Shown here: positions 20,399-27,281 of the stretch, piece by piece
Numbering within the stretch: the stretch's first letter is position 1
How the letters are laid out: every line of letters starts with the position of its first letter
Assembly (NCBI RefSeq): GCF_008065095.1
Contig: NZ_CP042911.1
Coordinates: 5,850,001 to 5,882,000 of the forward strand
Reading direction: 5' to 3'
DNA: 32,000 nucleotides
Source: Gemmata obscuriglobus
GTDB taxonomy: Bacteria > Planctomycetota > Planctomycetia > Gemmatales > Gemmataceae
Program-made: the position numbers and the translations under genes
The notes under the pieces: model-generated
Told to the model about the DNA's origin: nothing
The model's database searches: none
The model's input: only the letters and a program-made list of their open reading frames with translations

Positions 20399-21160
20399 TC
20401 AGGGTGGATTGATTTCTGTCCAGGCGTTCGGCGGGATGTCAGATGAAGCGGAATTCGTCGGGGCGTAAAGGTCCGAACGGGTAAGCGATGTGTCAGTTCG
20501 GTCGATCCAAACTGTTAGACGAGATGCGCGGGGGCGCACGCTCTCTCCAACAGAAGCCAATCGCTCGTACCAATGGGTAGCTGGGGGCGCGTCGAGCAAG
20601 TCGATGCGATCGGGCAGGAAAGAATTGTCACCAAGAAACGGAAGACCGTAACGGCCCGAAACCGAGGCTCCCTCCACACCATGTCGGACCCGCTGTTCCA
20701 GTTCCGGCGAGCTGTCCAGAGCGATCACCGCGCGGAGGCCCACCAGCACCTCACGTCGGACCGGTGAAATGTTGTACTTGTTCCCGAACGTCGCCTCAGC
20801 CCGCTCACCACCGGACGAGCCAACCGGGTAGTTGTGTAACTGCTGGTAGATTGTTTGCACTCGGGGGTACGGTTCCTCCCCTTCGTCGAGCGAAACCGGC
20901 CGACCGCGCCGGAGCTTGACCGCAGATGCCCCGAGCGCGAGTTTCGCCGCCGGCAGTCCCGACCGCGTAACGGTCGCCGGTACGCCCGCTTTGGTCGGGT
21001 AGCTCGCTTCTTCTTCACGCAACCGCATCTCGATTCCCGCGAGGTTCAGAAGCAACCCGTAGGCCGCCGACGGAGTGAGAAACGTCGCAGTCGGACGGTA
21101 CCAACCGGCGGTAAACGTGCGGCAGACCGCGAACGGAGCCTCAACGTACAGCAAGAGCAT
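20399..21160 (-). CDS. cas5: Cas5 (DevS-like) Cascade subunit
   Basis: The N-terminus MLLLYVEAPFAVCRTFTAGWYRPTATFLTPSAAYGLLLNLAGIE is the typical Cas5 N-terminal motif. The position after cas7 fits. The start ATG overlaps the cas7 TAA by 1 nt. Confidence 0.8.
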   Translation of the reverse strand: MLLLYVEAPFAVCRTFTAGWYRPTATFLTPSAAYGLLLNLAGIEMRLREEEASYPTKAGVPATVTRSGLPAAKLALGASAVKLRRGRPVSLDEGEEPYPRVQTIYQQLHNYPVGSSGGERAEATFGNKYNISPVRREVLVGLRAVIALDSSPELEQRVRHGVEGASVSGRYGLPFLGDNSFLPDRIDLLDAPPATHWYERLASVGESVRPRASRLTVWIDRTDTSLTRSDLYAPTNSASSDIPPNAWTEINPP

Positions 21161-22074
21161 TACTTGCCTCCCAAGAACCGATCAGCCACCGTCGCGAGTA
21201 GGTGCCGTGGGTCGCGGTCGAGCGTCACGCCGCGTTCAGCGAGCTTCTGCGCGTCACCGTCTGTCATCTCTTTCACAATCTTGCCGCCGACGAAGAACTC
21301 CTCACCGGGGTAATCCGGGGACGGATCGTGGAGAATCCCACCGATCACTTCGGGGAACTTGCCGTCCGCGGTGAACCCGTAGGTCTGATACCCGGCGACG
21401 AGTTGAGGGCTGAGACGCACAACGATGCTGGCCGGGGCCATCTCGTAGTAACTGCGCGCGTGATTCCCCGCCACATCCGACAACTCACCGATGGCCTTCA
21501 GCAGCGCCCGAACCCAATCCGGTTTGGCCTTACAATCCTCACCGCTGAGTGCGAACGGGTATTGGAACGCGGTGTGCGCCGTCTCACGGTGCAGCAGCGC
21601 CGACGTCTCGGCGTTCTTGTACGCACTGTCTTTGACGGACAGCGGCGACTGCGTAAATACTGCGTTGAAGCGGTACGGCTCCAAAGCCTTCGCGAGGTTC
21701 ATCCGCAACACCGAGTCGCGTTTGAAAGTGAAGTCTTCACGATTCACCTCTTTGCGGATCCTCTCGCGGTCCTTCCCGCTTGCCGCGACCAGATACCCAA
21801 ACAGAAAATCGTCGGCGTACCTGTCCGGATTCGGGTACTCTTTGAAGCGCACCGCGAGTTGGTCCTCATCGTTAAGGCGCTCACGGTTGCAGGGGAGCTT
21901 GTAGCTCCCGGCCAGAATCTCACGGAGGGCGTTGCGCATCGCCTCCGGGGAAATGATCGGATAGTCGAACCGACCGTCAGTGATCTTCTGGATGACGGTG
22001 CGGTTCAGTTCCGACTCGCCGCGGTAGTTGGCGCTCGGGGCCGGGTACGTCAGCACGGTAGCGAACAAGTTCAT
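21160..22074 (-). CDS. cas7: Cas7 (DevR/Cst2-like) Cascade backbone subunit
   Basis: The protein begins MNLFATVLTYPAPSANYRGESELNRTVIQKITDGRFDYPIISPEAMRNALREIL, which matches the N-terminal motif of the Cas7 DevR/Cst2 family. It is 304 aa. Confidence 0.85.
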   Translation of the reverse strand: MNLFATVLTYPAPSANYRGESELNRTVIQKITDGRFDYPIISPEAMRNALREILAGSYKLPCNRERLNDEDQLAVRFKEYPNPDRYADDFLFGYLVAASGKDRERIRKEVNREDFTFKRDSVLRMNLAKALEPYRFNAVFTQSPLSVKDSAYKNAETSALLHRETAHTAFQYPFALSGEDCKAKPDWVRALLKAIGELSDVAGNHARSYYEMAPASIVVRLSPQLVAGYQTYGFTADGKFPEVIGGILHDPSPDYPGEEFFVGGKIVKEMTDGDAQKLAERGVTLDRDPRHLLATVADRFLGGK

Positions 22075-22095
22075 CGGGCGTCTCCAGTAATGCGG

Positions 22096-23808
22096 TTAAG
22101 AGTTTGCAGACAAGGCGAGGAGTGTAAGGGCTTTGATCGAATCTGTTTTGTTCGGGTCGTTCAGCGCCGTAGCGAAAACCTGGAAATCGCTGGTTTTCTT
22201 GTCGAAGTACGTGCCTGCTGAGCAAATCACTTCGGAGAAATACTTCACGAAATCCTGGTCACGCCGGGAGCGCGCGGCGAGAAACGCCTCGGCTGCGATA
22301 TCCCGTTTTTTGTCATAAACCTTCTTCTGCTCGTCCTTGCCGAGCGCGCTCAACTTAGTCTTCTTGTCGATGTTGCATTTCGCTTTTGCCTTCCCCAGCA
22401 AGTAGCTCTTAATGACCTGTTCAACAAGCAGTTCGAGAGGTTTCGGGGGTTGGACACTATCGCCCACGGCCATCTCCAGTGTCTGGGTAAAGAGGGTTGT
22501 CAGGTGTCGGAATTTCTTAGACGCATCGCTCGCGAATTGGGGCGGCCCCTTCTCGTCGTCCTTACGCGGTTGCCGGATAAAGACGCCGGCGTCGAAGGTT
22601 ACGAAGGAACGGCCGAACGGCTGGTACCATGACTCGCCGTCGAGCAGAGCGAGTAATAGGCCGCGGCGGAACAGGGAGTTGCGATAGTGAGGCGCCGTGC
22701 CCGTAGGGCGCACGATCGCCCGATATCCGACGAGCAACCGCTGGTCAGGGGCAACCCGCCCTGCGGCCATCAGTTTGACGTTGTTTCCCGCTTTGACAAG
22801 GTGAAGGTACTCGACTGCGCCGATTGAAAAGCGTAACTTTCCGGCCTCGATCTCAAGCCGCGTTAGAACGGCGAGGTCTTCGAGGAACGCCAACGCCCCT
22901 TCCGCGGGAAGGTCTATTACAGCCTGTGCCGGACGATACCCACGCACCTCCGCGCTCAGCCCTGTAAGCAGCTTCGGGTACTCGGTCACGAACTCGCAAA
23001 GGTCCGATACGTCGGGCACAGCGACGGTGTAACTGGATGCAGGAAGATTCGTGGATCCATCGCGCTCGATTTCCTGTGGGACGTACAGCAAGGCCGTCAG
23101 CGGCCAGAAGTGGAGGAGCAGGTTCTCTTCTGCACGACCCTCGAACGGCACCGCCTCAGCGTTCACCGCCTGCGCGCCGGGGAACAACGCGCTCGACAGC
23201 GCAGCCGTGTGGAATTCCTTTTTCGTTCGCGCTTTGTGAACCTTCAATAGCTCCGACCAAGCGTTCGGCCCCTCCTTACACGGCTTGCCCGACGCGCGTT
23301 GGTTAAACGGCTCACGCGTCGTGGGCCGCCCCCGGGGGATGTTCCAGAGCATATCCCGCCACAGCTTCCGCCAAATCTCCTTGTCGCCGTCAAACACGTT
23401 GTCAAAAAACGCGCCCTTCGGCTGAACCTGGTCGTATATAAAGCGCTTCGTCCGTGTCTTCTTACCGTCGACTTCTTCCTCAACCGTCTCTTCGCGTTTG
23501 ACCTCGGCGCCTTGCCACTTAGACTTCACGGCGACCTCGACTTCACGGGCGTCGTACAGGTCGTCCATCAACTTCTGGAGCAGAGGCTCGGTGAAGGTAA
23601 CAGTCACCTCGGTCGCAGCTACGGTACATTTCGTTTCTTCGGCCGTAAGAGCCCGCCGCTGCTTCAAAGACTCAATGAGCAAAACCAACCCCGCTAGCCC
23701 AGCCTTATGAAACGCAGTCGGCAGCACCGACAGGTCGTAGCGCACCTCGACCTCAGATGGGTCGCCTGACTTTGACTTTGGCGTGGGCGGTTGTTTCGTC
23801 TTCGCCAT
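22096..23808 (-). CDS. cas8: Cas8-type large Cascade subunit (Cmx8-like by memory of the LPTA.HKAGLAGL motif and by position)
   Basis: It is 570 aa and lies between cas3 and cas7. It begins MAKTKQPPTPKSKSGDPSEVEVRYDLSVLPTAFHKAGLAGLVLLIESLK. The Lys-rich helical C-terminal 125 aa could act as an internal Cas11. The family assignment needs an HMM search. Confidence 0.7.
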   Translation of the reverse strand: MAKTKQPPTPKSKSGDPSEVEVRYDLSVLPTAFHKAGLAGLVLLIESLKQRRALTAEETKCTVAATEVTVTFTEPLLQKLMDDLYDAREVEVAVKSKWQGAEVKREETVEEEVDGKKTRTKRFIYDQVQPKGAFFDNVFDGDKEIWRKLWRDMLWNIPRGRPTTREPFNQRASGKPCKEGPNAWSELLKVHKARTKKEFHTAALSSALFPGAQAVNAEAVPFEGRAEENLLLHFWPLTALLYVPQEIERDGSTNLPASSYTVAVPDVSDLCEFVTEYPKLLTGLSAEVRGYRPAQAVIDLPAEGALAFLEDLAVLTRLEIEAGKLRFSIGAVEYLHLVKAGNNVKLMAAGRVAPDQRLLVGYRAIVRPTGTAPHYRNSLFRRGLLLALLDGESWYQPFGRSFVTFDAGVFIRQPRKDDEKGPPQFASDASKKFRHLTTLFTQTLEMAVGDSVQPPKPLELLVEQVIKSYLLGKAKAKCNIDKKTKLSALGKDEQKKVYDKKRDIAAEAFLAARSRRDQDFVKYFSEVICSAGTYFDKKTSDFQVFATALNDPNKTDSIKALTLLALSANS

Positions 23809-23820
23809 GATTGATGCCCT

Positions 23821-26130
23821 TTAGCAAATGGGGTAGTCCCAGTACCCGGTCTGCGGGTCGTAATGCCGGTCGTCCGCGGCAAACAGGTAATGCGGCAGCC
23901 GGGGATCTTGCACCGGCCTCAACTTTCTGGGCACCGGAACAACGAACCCTGGAGCCTTCGCCCGAGTCATACAATCCTTCGACTCGGCGGCAGTCACATA
24001 CGCACCAACTTCGGACGCCAGCACCGCGGATACATTGAACGCCTCAATGTCGCGGAACGAGTCCTCACTCGCTTCGGCGTAAGCCCCACTGGCCAGGAAC
24101 GAGTTCAACTTCGGAGCGTCGGCGCCTTTCGGGCCGAACCGGTCCAATCCGATTTCGAGATCGGCTTGACTCGCAGGTGACGGCAGCCCAATGAGAAACG
24201 AAATAAATCCATCTAACCCCGCAAGGTCGTCCGATGAGTACACCCGCTCTTTCGCCGGCGCGTAGATAAGCACCTCACCCGGCCCTTTTGAAGTGACCTC
24301 GTCGCGCCCTCGCCGACAGCGACCCATGCGCTGGATCAGCGACGTGATCGGACACGCTTCCGTCACGAGCAGGTCTGCATCGATGTCGAGGCTCATCTCG
24401 CAAACTTGGGTTGTGACGGCCACCGCTGCTGGTTCGCCAGCCCGAATCGCTTTCACCGTTTCCTGGTGCCGTTTAACGCGGTCATCGAGCTTGAACCGGC
24501 TGTGGTAGCAAATCGGAGAAAGGCTCAAATCGGTCAAGCGGGCGGCTATAGCCTGCGCGCGGCTCACCTGATTCACCACCCACAAGACCCGTCGTTTACC
24601 AGAGCCGACGGCGGCCCGAATCCGGTCCTCGACCTCTCTTTCGTTCACCCGCGCCACACGATACCGCGGCGTGTCGGCAATCGTCTTCAGATCATCGGGG
24701 CGCGGATTGGATAGCGTCAACCCGGCGGCAACCAGTTGTTTCTGCCGTGGCTCTGGCAAGGTCGCGGTCATGCACAGTACCGGCACGTCGAACGCACTCA
24801 GGAATCCGAGTAGGGCCGAGAACATGCTCCGGTCGAAGCTGTGAACTTCGTCCACCACGATCACACTGTCTGCGAGAACGGGGAGCAGACACATTGGCCC
24901 ATAGCCGTAGGCCATGAACCCGAAAAACTGATCCACGGTGGCAGAAACGATTCGCTTCGGCCAGTGCTGGAGTGCGAACAGCCGCGGGTCGGTGGTGGTG
25001 AACGCCTTCTTCGCACGCGGGTCTTCGACCGCGAACATCCCGTTCAGGTCGTAACCGGCGGTGCCGTGCATCAGCGCCGCATCAGCCTCCGGCGCCCACG
25101 AGACGTAATCCTTGAAGCCCTCTGTGGCGGTCGCCCGCGTCGGGTACAGAAACAACACCCGGTTCACGGGACGTTGCTTCACCCGGCCAGCAATCCAGCG
25201 CCACGCCGCCAACGTCTTCCCCGCCCCACACGGCGCGAGCAACAGCGCGCGAGCCGAGAGCGTTTCACACTGATTTTGGAACTCGTTCCAGTGTACCCAC
25301 TTGTTTCGGCTCGTGAGGTCCGCAATGCGCCGGTCAATTACGCCCGCGACCGTGACCGAATCACACCCCGGCGTTTCGGGAAATTGGCCACCGATCCAAT
25401 CGATGCGCCGACCGGTTCGCGGTAACCCGGAACCCGCAGCGTCGGCCGCGATCAGCGCCGCCCGCACCGCGTTCAGCATGCGCTGGTCTGGCGCACGCGA
25501 GAGCCGCCGCAACCGCCCGTCGCGCAGACCCTCGCGCAGTTCAGTCGGATCGAACGTCGTTGTTCCTCCGCCGAACCCCCAATACCGCGGTGCGGGGATG
25601 GCGGGCGCACCCGAAAGCTGTAGCCGAGCCGCGGTGAGCGAAACGAGGTCGCGCCGGAAGTCGTCGTGATCGAACAGCACACGGACCGCCGCACCGGTCC
25701 CGTCGTCCGGTGCGAACGATTGATCCCCGAACTTAAGGTGGTGTGAGCCGACGGCGCCGAGCACAACATCCCAATCGATATCGCTTCGCTGGCATACCCA
25801 ACGTTCGACACCATCGTGGCCAAGTAAGAGCACGCTGAGGTGCTCGTGTCGGAATAACTGCCCGCCCGAGCGCCCCGCGAGGACATCCTGCATCCCTTGG
25901 TTCGCTTTTCCCCAGTCGTGGAACAAACACGCCGCGAGCAGGTTCGCGTGAAATCGAGACCATTGCGTCTGATCGAGGCGGAAGAATCGGACCCACTCGC
26001 GCCCAAGCCGCGTCGAACGGTCCGCAAAACCGAATAGCGCCTCCGCCGCTTCGACCACATCGAGAGTGTGTTCGACGAGCGTCCTCGCCCGCCCGCCAGG
26101 AGGCGCGCTCTTGGCCAGTAGTTGTGTCAC
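23821..26130 (-). CDS. cas3: Cas3 HD-nuclease/helicase
   Basis: HD domain: LVEHTLDV...CLFHDWGKANQGMQ...FRHEHLS...GSHHLKF. Helicase motifs: LLLAPCGAGKTLAAW, VIVVDEVHSF, and the C-terminal helicase lobe. The preferred start is the GTG at 26130, which overlaps the cas6 TGA stop in a GTGA arrangement. The track start at 26574 would add 148 Arg/Gly-rich residues overlapping cas6. Confidence 0.93.
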   Translation of the reverse strand: MTQLLAKSAPPGGRARTLVEHTLDVVEAAEALFGFADRSTRLGREWVRFFRLDQTQWSRFHANLLAACLFHDWGKANQGMQDVLAGRSGGQLFRHEHLSVLLLGHDGVERWVCQRSDIDWDVVLGAVGSHHLKFGDQSFAPDDGTGAAVRVLFDHDDFRRDLVSLTAARLQLSGAPAIPAPRYWGFGGGTTTFDPTELREGLRDGRLRRLSRAPDQRMLNAVRAALIAADAAGSGLPRTGRRIDWIGGQFPETPGCDSVTVAGVIDRRIADLTSRNKWVHWNEFQNQCETLSARALLLAPCGAGKTLAAWRWIAGRVKQRPVNRVLFLYPTRATATEGFKDYVSWAPEADAALMHGTAGYDLNGMFAVEDPRAKKAFTTTDPRLFALQHWPKRIVSATVDQFFGFMAYGYGPMCLLPVLADSVIVVDEVHSFDRSMFSALLGFLSAFDVPVLCMTATLPEPRQKQLVAAGLTLSNPRPDDLKTIADTPRYRVARVNEREVEDRIRAAVGSGKRRVLWVVNQVSRAQAIAARLTDLSLSPICYHSRFKLDDRVKRHQETVKAIRAGEPAAVAVTTQVCEMSLDIDADLLVTEACPITSLIQRMGRCRRGRDEVTSKGPGEVLIYAPAKERVYSSDDLAGLDGFISFLIGLPSPASQADLEIGLDRFGPKGADAPKLNSFLASGAYAEASEDSFRDIEAFNVSAVLASEVGAYVTAAESKDCMTRAKAPGFVVPVPRKLRPVQDPRLPHYLFAADDRHYDPQTGYWDYPIC

Positions 26131-26747
26131 GACGCCCTCGGGGTGTGAGGCAGGAAGAACCCGCAGCCGATCTTGGTGCGGCCGCCCAGCCCGCGCTCCT
26201 GAAGGCGGATCGACTCCTCGGCCGTCAGCCCGGACACCAGCAGCGCGTACCCCACGATCGCCGCGCCGCTCACCCGGACCACCCGCCGCCGCACCTCCCC
26301 CGCACGCGGGCCGGACTCGAACGCCCGCACCGCCGGCTCCCCCGCGACACCGAGTTCGGTCAGCCGGGCGCGGGTCGTGGCCAGGAACGCGGCGGGCTCT
26401 TCGCCGTGCTTGAACGTCACCAGCCAGCTCTCCAGCGCCGGGGCCGGCACCAGCGCCTCCACCGACGGCGCCCCGAGCGCCACCCGGGCGCCGGCCACGT
26501 CGAGCGCGCGACTGGCCAGCGGCAACACGTTCGGAATCGCCTCGGCCGGGAGCCGCACGCGGAGCCGCGACCACGGCGCGAGCCGCAACCGGCCGGCCTC
26601 GTCCCGCACCCCGGTCAGCGGGGCGAACCGGAGGGACTGCTGCGCGTCGTGAAACGCGGGCACGGCACCCGAGAGCGCACCGTACAGCGGGTACGCGTGA
26701 TCGGTCGGCACCGACCCGCCCCGAACCGGAAAGACAAGATCAACCAC
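26127..26747 (-). CDS. cas6: Cas6-type crRNA endoribonuclease (Cmx6-like)
   Basis: The protein reads VVDLVFPVRGGSVPTDHAYPLYGALSGAVPAFH...ERGLGGRTKIGCGFFLP (glycine-rich loop near the C-terminus). It is the first gene of the operon. The preferred start is the GTG at 26747, with GGAGG 6 nt upstream. The track start at 26894 adds 49 implausible residues. Confidence 0.72.
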   Translation of the reverse strand: MVDLVFPVRGGSVPTDHAYPLYGALSGAVPAFHDAQQSLRFAPLTGVRDEAGRLRLAPWSRLRVRLPAEAIPNVLPLASRALDVAGARVALGAPSVEALVPAPALESWLVTFKHGEEPAAFLATTRARLTELGVAGEPAVRAFESGPRAGEVRRRVVRVSGAAIVGYALLVSGLTAEESIRLQERGLGGRTKIGCGFFLPHTPRAS

Positions 26748-26857
26748 CGGTGCCCTCCATCTGATCGCATCTCTGAAAAGATGTTCAGCGGCGAGAAAAA
26801 ACGTCGGACCAATTTCGAGATACGGAGTTAAGCGGCTGGGGCAGCCGGCGTCAATGT

Positions 26858-26878
26858 TCGTAGTCGTTCGATCGAACC
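26858..26878. promoter_or_regulatory. Two abutting perfect palindromes upstream of cas6; candidate operator
   Basis: GTTCGATCGAAC (26858-26869) and CCGAATTCGG (26869-26878) lie about 110 nt upstream of the preferred cas6 start. They sit in the lower-GC spacer between the small upstream ORF and cas6. Confidence 0.3.
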
Positions 26879-26944
26879 GAATTCGGTCGCCCACGATCGT
26901 TGTTCCGATCGCGCGGGCTCAGTTCGACAGAACGGCAAAAATGG

Positions 26945-27222
26945 TCAGCGCGCCGTGCCCGCGCGAAAGCGGGCCACCAACTGGTCCCGCTGGTGCTGGA
27001 GGGTGCGAACGGATGTCACGCTCTGGCGAGCGAGTTCGTCAAGCGAGTGCGCCACAGAACCACGGGACAGCGTCCGGATGAGCTGGGCATCGGCTTCGGG
27101 CAATTCTGACAGAAACGTCGCAAGAACGGCAGATTCTTCCGGGTCAGGTCGGCGACCCGGGCTTCGAGTTCGGCGACACGCTGGAGGAGATCCCGGCAGC
27201 CGGGACACGCGGGCACGTCCAT
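26945..27222 (-). pseudogene. Small frame-disrupted ORF upstream of cas6: coiled-coil/Cys N-terminus in one frame, sigma-70 region-4-like HTH C-terminus in another
   Basis: Frame A from the ATG at 27222 reads MDVPACPGCRDLLQRVAELEARVADLTRKN, then turns implausible. Frame B (26945..27208) has an implausible Arg/Pro N-terminus. It then reads SAVLATFLSELPEADAQLIRTLSRGSVAHSLDELARQSVTSVRTLQHQRDQLVARFRAGTAR*. The switch point is near 27120-27135. Confidence 0.35.
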
Positions 27223-27271
27223 GCTGCGATGCTACCAGATCAGCCGGCGTTCGACCGCACCGAGGTCGGGA

Positions 27272-27281
27272 GGGGCGCTAA
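27272..27281 (+). repeat. Left half of the right-hand 18-mer copy, including the TAA target-site duplication (27279-27281)
   Basis: GGGGCGCTAA lies immediately before the left IR of the IS. Confidence 0.85.

Noticed and set aside
26131-26574. N-terminal 148-aa extension of Cas3 given by the track ORF 23821..26574
   Set aside because: The extension is Arg/Gly/Ala-rich and overlaps cas6 in another frame. The HD domain begins right after the GTG at 26130, which overlaps the cas6 stop (GTGA).
26748-26894. 49-codon N-terminal extension of cas6 from the ATG at 26894
   Set aside because: The Cas6-like text starts at VVDLVFPVRG. A GTG with a well-spaced GGAGG precedes it. The extension covers a low-GC, palindrome-containing region that looks regulatory. 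I keep it as an alternative start.
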